Shown here: in pieces, positions 47,480 through 57,642 of the stretch
Position numbering within the stretch: the stretch's first letter is position 1
Layout: each line of letters opens with the position of its first letter
Assembly (NCBI GenBank): GCA_965263295.1
Contig: OZ253665.1
Coordinates: forward strand, 608,001 to 672,000
Source of the DNA: Spirochaetia bacterium
GTDB taxonomy: Bacteria; Spirochaetota; Spirochaetia; SP-2023
Direction of reading: 5' to 3'
Length of the DNA stretch: 64,000 bases
Program-made: the position numbers and the translations under genes
The notes under the pieces: model-generated
The model's database searches: none
Told to the model about the DNA's origin: nothing
What the model saw: only the letters and a program-made list of their open reading frames with translations

Positions 47480-48400
47480 ATGCTAGAAATTTTTGTCATC
47501 GGCTGTGGCGGAACGCAACCTTTGCCACGCCGTCATCTGTCTTCAATTATGGTGCGGCGCAATGGGCAATCCTTTCTATTTGACTGTGGTGAAGGGACCC
47601 AAGTTTCGCTCCGACGTCAGGGCTTACGCTGGAAAAAAATCTCGCACATGTTTATTTCGCATATTCACGCCGATCATGTAACTGGGATTCCGGGTCTAAT
47701 GATGCTCTCATCTCAGATTGAACGCGAAGAACCGCTGCATATTGTCGCACCCAAAAGGGTTTGTGAATTTATTACTAATATTTGCAAGAGCCTGAATATT
47801 TACATCAACTACCCGTTTAAATTACAGCATATCGGGTTCCCGAAAGCCCTACAATGTCTCTACGAAGATGAAGAGCTGCAGATTTCATGTTTTCCTCTGG
47901 TTCACAGCCAGCCGACAGTGGGTTTTTTGATTGAAGAGAAAATGCGCCCCGGCGTGTTTTCTCCCGAAGCGGCAACGGCCTTGGCCGTGCCGCGTGGCCC
48001 ACTGTGGGGAGCTTTGCAGCGCGGTGAAAGTGTCCAGAATCGGCGCGGTGTAACGGTAAGGCCAGAGCAAGTCTTGGGCCTTCCGCGGCCCGGAGTGCGC
48101 CTGGCCTTTATGACAGACACACTTTACTGTGAAGAAACAGCCGAATATGTTCAAGGTGTCGACTTGTTAATTTGTGAAGGTATGTTTGAGCGGGCCCTGG
48201 CCGAAAATGCCCATGAGAAAAAACACATGACGGCTGAAGAGGCTTCGTGGATTGCTAAGGCCGCGAATGTCAAACAATTGGCCTTGACCCATTTCAGCCC
48301 TCGTTATCTCGACCGAGACTTAAAAACCTTGCTGCGCGAAGCCCAAGAAATTTTTCCCAATACCATTTTGTGTCGCGATGGATTGAGCCTACAAATATAG
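47480..48400 (+). CDS. rnz: Ribonuclease Z
   Basis: FDCGEGTQ, SHIHADH, GP-rich exosite, TDT, CEGMF, HMT, THFSPRY. Confidence 0.95.
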   Translation: MLEIFVIGCGGTQPLPRRHLSSIMVRRNGQSFLFDCGEGTQVSLRRQGLRWKKISHMFISHIHADHVTGIPGLMMLSSQIEREEPLHIVAPKRVCEFITNICKSLNIYINYPFKLQHIGFPKALQCLYEDEELQISCFPLVHSQPTVGFLIEEKMRPGVFSPEAATALAVPRGPLWGALQRGESVQNRRGVTVRPEQVLGLPRPGVRLAFMTDTLYCEETAEYVQGVDLLICEGMFERALAENAHEKKHMTAEEASWIAKAANVKQLALTHFSPRYLDRDLKTLLREAQEIFPNTILCRDGLSLQI

Positions 48401-48532
48401 TTAAAAAAAATAATTTCTAGGCGACATATAAATAGCAATCTATTTAATACAGTTTTTATCGGTGGTCAGAAAGACCTTTCTCGTTCTTTATGTCTAGCAC
48501 AGGTTTGCCTGGGCACAGAATCTGAGCATAAT

Positions 48533-49564
48533 ATGTCTCTGATGAGACAATCTCTGCTGGGGGCCTTGCTGGCTTTACTGGCTGCATTTATTTTTGGTTC
48601 GGGTCTGTGGTGTGTCGAATTAGCCAGTCGCGCGGGTTGGGGCAGCTATGCCTTCAGTTGCGTCTCTGCGGCAATTGGAAGTTTGGCCGCAGGGTTGCTA
48701 TCGCTAAGGCACCGGCAGCAGAGAACGCCAAATGTGTCTGACTCCGACAATGCTTTGGTAGGGGAGGCGCGAAGTTTTGGCCAAAATCTATTGCAGTCTT
48801 GGCCTTCTTGTCGTATTGGCTTGGTCTTGTTGGCAGCTAATGTCAGCATGTTTTTAGCTCTGCGTTGGGTTGAGCCGCAGATTGTGGCGTTTTTTGCCGG
48901 CCTTCAAGTTTTATGGGTAGCTTTAATTGAGCTGTTACGGAAAAATCAAGCTCCCAATTGGGGTCTGGGAATCAGCATTCTGCTGTGTGTATTCGGTACT
49001 TTGTTCATCAATGACCTATTGCAAATTGCGAATAATGTTTGCCGTTTTCAGTTGCTAGATTTTTCTCTAGGAGAATTTTTAGCCTTATTTACCGGTTTTT
49101 GCCTTGGCTTGGCCGTTTATCTGATACGCAGGAGTCAAGAATTGTCCGTTGTGGGACAAGGACATTCGCAGAATAGTCCCTCCCGCACTACCGCTTTGTT
49201 TAACCTGGTGATCGCGCTCGGAAATCTCTTAATTGTGGCGCTGTTGTCCGTTTATAACGGACTGCGGGGCGAGAGTGAAATATGGCAAGCGGCTGGGTTT
49301 GTCGGTTTTCAGCACTGGCTACCTTGGCTGTTTCCCGTTTTACTGGGCTTGGGCAGTTTTTTTGGCGCAACTCTCCTGCAGGTGCACTCACAAAATTACC
49401 TTAGTGGGACTCAAGTGGCGTTATTACTGACTTTACAGCCCTTGGCCACGATTGCTCTAGGGTTGCGGTTCTTTGACTCCGTGCTAAAATTCAATCAACT
49501 CATTGGAGGCAGTATATTACTGGTTGCGGCCGTAATTTCCATCCTAGCTACGCCGAACAAATAA
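48533..49564 (+). CDS. DMT/EamA-family transporter
   Basis: About 10 TM helices in two repeats; LLTLQPL...LG...L...QLIGGSILL. Confidence 0.8.
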   Translation: MSLMRQSLLGALLALLAAFIFGSGLWCVELASRAGWGSYAFSCVSAAIGSLAAGLLSLRHRQQRTPNVSDSDNALVGEARSFGQNLLQSWPSCRIGLVLLAANVSMFLALRWVEPQIVAFFAGLQVLWVALIELLRKNQAPNWGLGISILLCVFGTLFINDLLQIANNVCRFQLLDFSLGEFLALFTGFCLGLAVYLIRRSQELSVVGQGHSQNSPSRTTALFNLVIALGNLLIVALLSVYNGLRGESEIWQAAGFVGFQHWLPWLFPVLLGLGSFFGATLLQVHSQNYLSGTQVALLLTLQPLATIALGLRFFDSVLKFNQLIGGSILLVAAVISILATPNK

Positions 49565-49625
49565 TTAAATTACATTCTAAAGAAGATAATTCTCAAAGCC
49601 GGCAAACAGTTCGACCAGAATTTTA

Positions 49626-49967
49626 TTAACGGACATGAAAGAATTGCCGGTTCAAGTAGTCTAGGCGCGCGGTAGCTTTTTGACTGTATTCATCGACAGG
49701 ATAATTGACCTGGATATTTTTGTATAACCGGCCGACCCGGCGTATATCTTGATGGCGACCCGGTTGCTCAAATAATAAACCCATATTATAAAGGATTTCA
49801 GGGCTATTGGAATCCGCATTATTCACATAAGTCTGGTAAAATTCCAGGATATCATCTGCTTTTTCGCTGTCTGCCATTGCAACGGTATAATTTGCCGAAT
49901 CATTTGTCGATGTGTCACCAAGTTTGAAAAGACTTCGGTAGATATCGACAAAGTCGTTTGAATATCT
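49626..49967 (-). pseudogene. Orphan 3' fragment of a TPR/BamD-like spirochete protein, truncated at an IS remnant
   Basis: EILYNMGLLFE...Y.....YP......A.ARL.YL TPR-like C-terminus. The frame stays open 30 codons upstream of ATG 49877 until a TAG at 49968-70, where IS sequence begins. Confidence 0.6.
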
Positions 49968-50755
49968 CTAAAACGGAGCCTCCCCATGAGCAAATGAGCA
50001 ATATGAGCAATCTATTTGGGCTCAGCGATGAGCCTGATATCGAGTCTTAAACCCCATTTCTCAAAGCCTCACGGTCGTCCCAGGGGCGGTAAAAACGTCT
50101 CAGTATTATCTTGATTATCCGCAATGGTTGACGCTGCTGCGATGCACCAACTGAATACGGTCCCTATAAAACATTTTAAAACCTTTTGTGCGCTGGTCAA
50201 AAAACGGTGTGTTCAAGAAAATCTTTGAAGACAACATGCTGATTGATTGAGTCAACCCATCTCAAGGCACACCGCACGGCATCGGGCCTCAAAAAATTGG
50301 GGCGAGCCACGCTTTGACCGGGCGTACCATTCAACCAATATCTCTAAAATAAGATATGAATAGCAAATTGCATGTTTTGAGCGGTGGTCCAGGTCGCCGA
50401 TGCGGCGGCATCTGAGCGAAGGCCAACGAAGCGATTTCAAAGGTGCAGATGTTTTGCTTTGTGAGTTGCCCGCGGCGCAAGTGCTGGTTGCGGATCGGGG
50501 CTACGATAGCTTGAAAGTAAAAAAATGCTTGCAGATCAGGATATTGCGAGTTGTATTCCCTGTTGCAAGAACCGTAAGGAGCCAATCGCATATTGTAAAA
50601 CGACCTATAAAAAGCGCCACAAAATCGAAATATTTTTGCTAAACTGAAAGACTGGCAGTGTATTGCGATGTGATATGATCGTTGCGCACAGGCCTTTGAA
50701 TTGGCAATTTACATCGCGACAATCGTCTTGTTCTGGATATGATTCCTGAGCCTAG
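49965..50755 (+). mobile_element. Decayed IS5-family (IS427-group-like) element
   Basis: Remnants MSNLFGLSDE, LKPHF..PHGRP, RNG....DAP.EYGPYKT, RWSKNGVF, THLKAHRTAS, LSEGQRSDFKGA, ADRGYDS, YKKRHKIE, KLKDW and YDRCA, with many stops and frameshifts. Right end ATGATTCCTGAGCCTAG. Left end not recognisable. Confidence 0.85.
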
Positions 50756-50878
50756 ATCATGGCCTTGAGAGTCCCCTGATACATTTGTGGCAATTGTGCA
50801 AGCTGGGTAAAGAATATATAATAACTGAATTTGTTCGGCTTTGTTAATTGTGCAAACTACCTAGAGCGGAAATTTTAA

Positions 50879-52138
50879 GTGTCTGATGTCAAAATACTTG
50901 TAAATAACCATGGCTCAAGGGAACCGATCTTTAAGGGGCCGCTCTGTGAGTCCTGTGCTGCGCTTTGTTTGGCATGTGTGGGGATATTCTGTTTGCTGGG
51001 GCTTGCGGCTTGCACTCGAATTGCTGCAGCAATGTCAGCGCAGGAAAATTCGCCTACCAGCGAGATGGCACTGCTGCTTATGGAACCTGAACGGTGGCTG
51101 CAATATAAGCCTGACGAACGTTTTGTCATGTACAATAATATATTGAATTTTTACGACAGTGTCGTTGAAAATGATACGGTAATCCAGGGTAAGCGTGACA
51201 GCGGCAAAAACCATGATGATTTTGTGTTTAGTACACAAATTCAGCGGCTAGATGATATTTTTCTGGCTTATTTGAATACTTTCCCTGAAGATTCCTACAA
51301 CAGTTATTATTTATATAACGTAGCTGGGCACTATATTGAGCGGGGAGAAGAAACCATGGGCCTATGGTTGTTACGTTCAATGTACCAACACTTTCCTGAC
51401 CTCAAGTTGGTGCAATATCCAAGTATACACTATTTGATTTTGGATACCCTAGGGCGGCTGGAAGCTAACTTGGATTATCGCATTGATGATATACAGCGCA
51501 TTCTCAGCCATTATGACCAAGAGACCGCGCTCGTCGAAAACCATGGAGTACCGCGTGATGATCGTGGAGTGTGGCTATATCGTCTGGGTAAGGCTTACGA
51601 GACTAAGGCGACTGAAATGCTTTATATTAATCAAGACATTTACCGACGACAACTTGAGACAGCGATGGACATGTATAGTCAGTTTTTTCGCTTGGGTTTG
51701 GGAACTGTCCCCGAGGAACCGAATGCCCGTAGCCTCGTGGCTAATAAAATCAATATTTATAATGCTGACCGTAACTGGTACACCGACTCCAGCTTGGAGA
51801 ATTTGATACGACGTATCACATCTGCGATCCAGAATAATAACGCTGGGGCGGTCCTTTATTGCCAGGCCAACGGATTTTTTGTACTGAGTGCTGATTATCG
51901 TGATGAATTAAGCCGAAATAGGACACATATTTATCTGCCACATTTTTTAGGGGGAGTGATTCAGTTCGGTGAATTAACTCCAGAATCTAATGATGAGGAG
52001 GCTTGGCTATACACTACAAATTGGCCATTCCACTTAGCTACATGGTATTTGTATTTCCGTAAAATACATTACCCAGCTGACCCGGAGATTAACGGGAACT
52101 GGGAATGGGCAGGTATTTATCTAGGAGATTTTTATTAA
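50879..52138 (+). CDS. Conserved spirochete exported/lipoprotein with TPR-like helices
   Basis: Hydrophobic stretch ending LAAC (lipobox-like), TPR-like helices, C-terminal WYLYFRKI.YPADPEI.G.WEWAGIY.G. Start uncertain. Confidence 0.72.
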   Translation: MSDVKILVNNHGSREPIFKGPLCESCAALCLACVGIFCLLGLAACTRIAAAMSAQENSPTSEMALLLMEPERWLQYKPDERFVMYNNILNFYDSVVENDTVIQGKRDSGKNHDDFVFSTQIQRLDDIFLAYLNTFPEDSYNSYYLYNVAGHYIERGEETMGLWLLRSMYQHFPDLKLVQYPSIHYLILDTLGRLEANLDYRIDDIQRILSHYDQETALVENHGVPRDDRGVWLYRLGKAYETKATEMLYINQDIYRRQLETAMDMYSQFFRLGLGTVPEEPNARSLVANKINIYNADRNWYTDSSLENLIRRITSAIQNNNAGAVLYCQANGFFVLSADYRDELSRNRTHIYLPHFLGGVIQFGELTPESNDEEAWLYTTNWPFHLATWYLYFRKIHYPADPEINGNWEWAGIYLGDFY

Positions 52139-52140
52139 AA

Positions 52141-53142
52141 ATGATTAGCCATATGGGTCAGTTTACCAAAGCAAGTAAACGATATGTTTGCCTCTTTTTC
52201 AGTATGTTTTTTTTATATCTTTTGCCCCTGCTGGCACAAGGTTTGCAGAGCGATTCTGACGATGCTGATCTCAGGCAAAGTAGTAGTCCTGTAAGTAACT
52301 CTAAATTGATTGGCTATAGAAACCAAGAATCATTGAATGCCAATATGTTTAGGCTAGAGTCTGCGCTAGACTGGGGCGAAAGACTGCTGAATATTGAACT
52401 TTCGGTGCCTATTGAGAAGCTTGAACTACAGACTCGTTATCATGTCAATGGAGTAATTGAAAGTAATTTTTCAGTTTGGCTTTATAATGCTGTGCAAAAC
52501 TTACAAGTTGACTCACAGCGGACGCTCAAGGATTTTTGGGGCAGTGATATTTTAAAAAACCCATATACATTTTTGAAAAGTATACTGAAAAATGAATTTT
52601 CAGTATTTTATCCTGATTTGCGAGCATTTCGCACGATATATAAAATAAATATCTACCCAGATTTGATACAGGTATGGGTTAATGAGCATTTTCGGCACGA
52701 AGAATTACTACCGGCAATTATCAATGAAGCCGCAACGGAGTTTAGTGGTCTAATTATTTATGTAAAAGATGATTTACCTGTTCACGGCGAGCCATATAAC
52801 ATGGCAAAACTGAAGCCCGCATTATTTCCACGTTTATATAGTGAAGACCTCAGCTTGATTTTATCTTATCACAATGTAGAGAAGCAGGCATTGCTGCAGC
52901 ACGGTATGTTCAATTATGACATAGAGCCGAATGTCGGGAAATACAAGGATTTGATTGGTAATTTTCCATTGCGCATTGTTGCGCATGAACTGTTTGGTTC
53001 GGCCCGAACGGACCTGATTATCAGTAATTCTGATGCCATGAAACTATTGGAAAACCTTCATATCCGTGAAATCATGCAGCAAGGACGTATTTTGGTTCTC
53101 TACGAGTCAGTTCCTGACACATTGTTGTTCCACCAAAATTAG
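52141..53142 (+). CDS. Conserved hypothetical exported protein
   Basis: Signal-peptide-like N-terminus. FSGLIIY...LKPALFPRLY...PLRI...TDLIIS..DA motif block. ATG 52141 follows the previous stop. Confidence 0.72.
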   Translation: MISHMGQFTKASKRYVCLFFSMFFLYLLPLLAQGLQSDSDDADLRQSSSPVSNSKLIGYRNQESLNANMFRLESALDWGERLLNIELSVPIEKLELQTRYHVNGVIESNFSVWLYNAVQNLQVDSQRTLKDFWGSDILKNPYTFLKSILKNEFSVFYPDLRAFRTIYKINIYPDLIQVWVNEHFRHEELLPAIINEAATEFSGLIIYVKDDLPVHGEPYNMAKLKPALFPRLYSEDLSLILSYHNVEKQALLQHGMFNYDIEPNVGKYKDLIGNFPLRIVAHELFGSARTDLIISNSDAMKLLENLHIREIMQQGRILVLYESVPDTLLFHQN

Positions 53143-53168
53143 TTTTTTATTGGAAGGTAAAAAAGCAA

Positions 53169-54713
53169 ATGCTTGCTGTGCGGAAGATTCATGGACAATT
53201 ATTCGTTGGGAAATTATCCGTTATTTTGCCTGGCTGGCTGTTTTTTTTCTCGGCCTTACTATTTGAAGGTACGGCGAGTCCAGCCCTCTATGGCCAAGGT
53301 TCTCAAGCAATTCTAGAGGCCAAGCCGGAGCCGAATGGACGCGATATCTATCGCTCTATACGCTTGGGAATAATGATACAGGGGAAGGGAGAAGCTTTGT
53401 ATAGTTGGTTTGGCCATGCAGGTATCGTTTTGTCCGGGTCAGAGCAGGCGTTGCGGGCTGCAGCCTGGGAAAATCGTGATAATTTTATTGCCGCACCGGC
53501 ATATAATGGTGAAGAATTGCTATTTGACTACGGTAATTTTGATGCCAGTGGAAAATACTTTGTCCTTCGCTTCCTCGCCGGAGATTTGAGCTATTATAAA
53601 TCGTATAAAAATTTCTCCCGTTATAAAGAGATTAATAGTCGTGACTATAAAAGGGGGATGGACGTGTATTGGCTAAACTTGGACTCACTGGCAAAGCGTC
53701 GTTTCTTACAGATTTTATTTCGTGAGACTAACCCGGAAAGGCGAGTCTATGCATATAACTTTTACTTTGATAACTGCTTGACTCGAATTCGTGATCAATT
53801 GGATGAAGTATTTGATGGGCGGCTAAAAGAACAGATTTCAGGGGAAAATGAGTTTAGTATTCGGCAGATTTTACGCCGGGAAATCGGCGATAAATTTTGG
53901 GGTATATTGTTGCTAGAATACCTGCAGGGTGTAAAAATTGATCAAAAATATAGTCGTTGGGATTCGTTATTCCTACCCAGTCAGATGCCGGCTTTCCTCA
54001 GGCAGTTAAGGATTCCCGACAGCGCTGAGCCTCTGCTGGTCGAGCGCGAAAATATATTTCCATTCCGGCGTGATGAATTAGAGCATCTGCATACTATTAA
54101 ATACTTTCGTCGTCATATATATATGCTGAGTATTTTTGCGCTGGCAGTTCTGGTATTGGGACTACTTTTTTGGCGCCGCTCGCATGCTCTTGTAACGGGC
54201 GGAGTCCAGCACGGAGTCTGCGGTAGAAATCAGAAAGTGGAAAAGGCTTATCTTATAAAGGGGCATGGTGGTGTCTATGATTTAAAAATGGAGCTAAAGT
54301 TAAAAATCAGGCGGTGGCTCAGCTGTATTTGCCGGCTCAGTTATTATGTGCTTAGCTGTTCAATGGCGCTTGTTCTCGCCGCCTTCTCGACTGTGTTATG
54401 GTTATTGAATATACTGCAAAGTTACGATGTCGCCCTAAATAATGTTTTTGTTATTCTCGGGAGCCCGTTTCTGCTGCTCCAGCCACTGGCCCTCGTGTTT
54501 CTGTTAATGCGTTCAGCGCGATCTCGGGCGCTATGGTTCATGTTATGGAATTGGCGCATTCATGCGGGCTTGGCCCTTGTGCTCCCTTTGTGGGCCTGGT
54601 TTTCCATCTCGCTTTCTGGACAGCTGATGCAAGATATACTATTGCCATGGCTCGCTATTTCGCCGATACTGCTAGCTGTCGTTTTTTTATTTGAGAGACG
54701 CTCTGTCCAGTGA
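53169..54713 (+). CDS. DUF4105 / Lnb-like protein with C-terminal TM helices
   Basis: LYSWFGHAG, FDYGNF and YNFYFDNCLTRIRD, followed by ~5 TM helices. Confidence 0.85.
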   Translation: MLAVRKIHGQLFVGKLSVILPGWLFFFSALLFEGTASPALYGQGSQAILEAKPEPNGRDIYRSIRLGIMIQGKGEALYSWFGHAGIVLSGSEQALRAAAWENRDNFIAAPAYNGEELLFDYGNFDASGKYFVLRFLAGDLSYYKSYKNFSRYKEINSRDYKRGMDVYWLNLDSLAKRRFLQILFRETNPERRVYAYNFYFDNCLTRIRDQLDEVFDGRLKEQISGENEFSIRQILRREIGDKFWGILLLEYLQGVKIDQKYSRWDSLFLPSQMPAFLRQLRIPDSAEPLLVERENIFPFRRDELEHLHTIKYFRRHIYMLSIFALAVLVLGLLFWRRSHALVTGGVQHGVCGRNQKVEKAYLIKGHGGVYDLKMELKLKIRRWLSCICRLSYYVLSCSMALVLAAFSTVLWLLNILQSYDVALNNVFVILGSPFLLLQPLALVFLLMRSARSRALWFMLWNWRIHAGLALVLPLWAWFSISLSGQLMQDILLPWLAISPILLAVVFLFERRSVQ

Positions 54714-54798
54714 GCGGTTTCGTATGAAAAAGAGGTCGTAGGCCCGAACTATTATATTAAAATTGACAGAGAATAAATGGTTTTAAAAAGAGGTTTTT

Positions 54799-55920
54799 AT
54801 GGATAGAGAGCATAGTGGTGAGGAGCCGGCTGAGCATATTACTCATTTGTCTAAAATGGGTTATAGGTACATCAAGGAAAGGAAGTATGCAGAGGCGGAA
54901 ATTAACTTTCGCGAGATTCTCTCTTACGATGAGCAAAATAATTATGCGATGGTAGGTTTAGGTGATGCTTTGCGCCGTCAGCGCAGAGATAGAGAGGCGA
55001 TTGAATATTATAATCGTTGTTTGGACTTGTACCCGGAAAATAATTATGCCTTATTTGGTATTGCTGAAAGTTACCGTGCATTGAAATATTATCAGAAAGC
55101 GATTGAAGCTTGGGAGCGCTATGCCGTCCTGGATTCTAAGAATATTACCGTCATGACTCGTATGGCTGATATTTACCGCAAGATGAAAAATTTGCAGCGT
55201 TCAAAAGAAATCTATGAGGATGTCTTGGAAATTGATGAAGAGAATGTCTATGCTATAATCGGTTTGGCTCATGTGTATTACGATTTATGTCTGTACAACA
55301 CTTCACTGATTTACTGGGAACGTATTTTTAATAAAAGCAATGCTCGCGTGGATATCCGGCTGCTGACTTCAATTGGGAATTGCTATCGCAAATTGCGTAA
55401 TTTTGATAAGTCCCTGGAGTTTTTTCAGAAAGCCGAGCACTTAGAACCGAGAAATTTCTATGTACTCTATGGGATGGCAGATAGTTATCGCGGTTTGCAA
55501 GACTTTAGTAAGTCGATGGAATACTGGGAACTCATTATACAGGGAGGAAATCACAACCAATTTCTGCTAACTCGTGCTGGCGATACGGCGAGTGCCTCAG
55601 GGCAGTTAGGCAGGGCTCGGGAATTTTATCAGCGGGCTTTGAGCATGGGGGCGGACCTGTATGCGACCTTAGGCCTCGCGGGATTAGAACATGATAGCGG
55701 CAATCACACACGCGCCATTGAGCTGCTTGAAGCGATATTGGTTACCCACTATCGCAACCCCCGCTTGCAGATTGATTTGGCCATGAATTATTGTGCTATC
55801 AATATGGCCCGGAAAGCCTTGACCGATTTGGAGGCCTACGTCAATCAGGGGTATGGCAACGAGGAAGTATTGAACCTCTATCATAACTTGAAAGACAGCT
55901 TAGAACACATATATGACTAA
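54799..55920 (+). CDS. Tetratricopeptide repeat protein
   Basis: About 9 consecutive 34-aa TPR repeats (e.g. NNYALFGIAESYR, IGNCYRK). Confidence 0.9.
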   Translation: MDREHSGEEPAEHITHLSKMGYRYIKERKYAEAEINFREILSYDEQNNYAMVGLGDALRRQRRDREAIEYYNRCLDLYPENNYALFGIAESYRALKYYQKAIEAWERYAVLDSKNITVMTRMADIYRKMKNLQRSKEIYEDVLEIDEENVYAIIGLAHVYYDLCLYNTSLIYWERIFNKSNARVDIRLLTSIGNCYRKLRNFDKSLEFFQKAEHLEPRNFYVLYGMADSYRGLQDFSKSMEYWELIIQGGNHNQFLLTRAGDTASASGQLGRAREFYQRALSMGADLYATLGLAGLEHDSGNHTRAIELLEAILVTHYRNPRLQIDLAMNYCAINMARKALTDLEAYVNQGYGNEEVLNLYHNLKDSLEHIYD

Positions 55921-56392
55921 AGTTTTAATTCCAGGGAGCTTTGATCCACCAACCAATGGACACTTACATCTGATTGATCGAGCGGCCCGTCTATTCCCGC
56001 GAGTTTGTGTTTTAATTTCGTTTAATAGTAGTAAAACCTGTCTATTTAGCAAAGATGAACGGGCAGAATTATTGTGTTCACTTACTAAAGACTTTGACAA
56101 TGTTCAAATTGATGTATGGGACGGACTAGTGGCGCTCTATGCAAAAGAACAGGGCTACCATGCTTTATTACGCGGCCTGCGCAGTGAGGCCGATTTTTCT
56201 TATGAGTTGGATATCGCAAACATTAACCACAGCCTCAGTCATTCACTGGAGACCTTGTTCCTTCCCACACATCAGGACAAAAGTGTTATTCGTTCTTCTT
56301 ATGTCAAAGAACTGTGGGCGATGGGAACAGTTGTAGATGAATTTGTACCTTCAGTGGTTGCCCAGTTACTTCGCGACAAGCTGAAAGAATAA
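55913..56392 (+). CDS. coaD: Phosphopantetheine adenylyltransferase
   Basis: [29 protein letters not shown]. Confidence 0.96.
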   Translation: MTKVLIPGSFDPPTNGHLHLIDRAARLFPRVCVLISFNSSKTCLFSKDERAELLCSLTKDFDNVQIDVWDGLVALYAKEQGYHALLRGLRSEADFSYELDIANINHSLSHSLETLFLPTHQDKSVIRSSYVKELWAMGTVVDEFVPSVVAQLLRDKLKE

Positions 56393-56405
56393 ATCCAGTT
56401 TAGGT

Positions 56406-57404
56406 ATGAGTATGGATTCCGAGCTCCTGCGCAGCCAATTTCAAGATGAGGACTTACCAGAAGAATGCTTACGGCCCAAGTGTTTGCTGGATTTCCGGGG
56501 GCAGAGTCTGGCTAAAGAAAATCTGGCCATATTTATTCGTGCAGCAATTGAACGCCGCGAATCCTTAGATCATGTTTTTATCAGTGGACCTCCGGGTTTG
56601 GGTAAAACTACCTTAGCCGGTATTATTGCCAATGAATTGGGCGCCGAATTCCGCATTACCGCAGCGCCCGCTTTGGAGAAGGCAAAAGACTTGGCGGGTT
56701 TGCTAACCAGCCTTTCGCCCAATAGCGTTTTTTTTATTGATGAAATTCATCGGCTTAAGCCGTTACTTGAAGAAATGCTTTATATTGCCATGGAAGATGG
56801 TGAGTTGGATTGGGTAATTGGCGAAGGTCCGGCGGCTCGTGCGGTGCGTGTGCCACTGCCGTCTTTTACTTTAGTGGGAGCGACAACCCGGCCAGGAGCA
56901 GTTAGCAGTCCACTGGTTACACGTTTCGGTATCCAACAGCGGCTAGGATATTATAGTCAGGGAGAGCTGGAAGAAATCATTGTGCGTAGTGCCCGCCTTT
57001 TACCTTCTGAAATTCACGCAGACGCAGCTGCATTGTTGGCTCAATGTTCGCGCGGTACACCGCGAGTGGCCAATCGCCTGCTGCGCCGGATGCGCGACTT
57101 CGCTCAGGTTGATGGCAATGCTGTAATCAGCCGCAAAATTGTAGAAGCTGCTTTGGCACGTCTCGAAATTGATCCTCTGGGCCTTGAGAGTGTAGACCGC
57201 GAAATTTTACGCGCAATGATACACAAGTTTGGCGGCGGTCCGGTTGGAGCGGAAACCCTAGCCATTGCAGTGGGTGAAAGCCGTGATGCCTTAGAAGACT
57301 TTTATGAGCCATATTTAATTCAATGTGGGCTACTGCAGCGTTCCCCGCGTGGCCGAATGGCTACTCGCCTTGCGTATAAGCACCTGAATGAACGCCAGGA
57401 TTAG
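56406..57404 (+). CDS. ruvB: Holliday junction branch migration helicase RuvB
   Basis: [55 protein letters not shown]. Confidence 0.98.
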   Translation: MSMDSELLRSQFQDEDLPEECLRPKCLLDFRGQSLAKENLAIFIRAAIERRESLDHVFISGPPGLGKTTLAGIIANELGAEFRITAAPALEKAKDLAGLLTSLSPNSVFFIDEIHRLKPLLEEMLYIAMEDGELDWVIGEGPAARAVRVPLPSFTLVGATTRPGAVSSPLVTRFGIQQRLGYYSQGELEEIIVRSARLLPSEIHADAAALLAQCSRGTPRVANRLLRRMRDFAQVDGNAVISRKIVEAALARLEIDPLGLESVDREILRAMIHKFGGGPVGAETLAIAVGESRDALEDFYEPYLIQCGLLQRSPRGRMATRLAYKHLNERQD

Positions 57405-57427
57405 GAAAAATCAGCGCTTCTTAATTG

Positions 57428-57462
57428 AAAAAAGAAAAGATCAGGCGACAAGCCTGATCTTT
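57428..57462 (-). terminator. Rho-independent terminator between convergent ruvB and tRNA-Cys
   Basis: AAAGATCAGGC-gacaa-GCCTGATCTTT stem, with a long U tract on the minus strand. Confidence 0.75.
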
Positions 57463-57467
57463 GGGAC

Positions 57468-57540
57468 AGGTGCCGATCAGATTCGAACTGATGAATAGTG
57501 GATTTGCAGTCCACCGCCTTAACCACTTGGCCACGGCACC
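57468..57540 (-). tRNA. tRNA-Cys(GCA)
   Basis: Reverse complement GGTGCCG-TG-GCCAAGTGGTTAAGGC-G-GTGGA-CT-GCA-AA-TCCAC-TATTC-ATCAG-TTCGAAT-CTGAT-CGGCACC-T, with U73 discriminator. CCA is not encoded. Confidence 0.96.
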
Positions 57541-57553
57541 AACAATGTACAAA

Positions 57554-57582
57554 AATATACTGACAGGTGTCCGCCATGTCTA
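57554..57582 (-). promoter_or_regulatory. Sigma70 promoter of tRNA-Cys
   Basis: TAGACA-17 bp-TATATT on the minus strand. Confidence 0.6.
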
Positions 57583-57642
57583 GATATCATTCGGCACGGG
57601 CTGGAATTTTTGTCAGTGTGCCACCAGCTTTTGAGCAAAATC

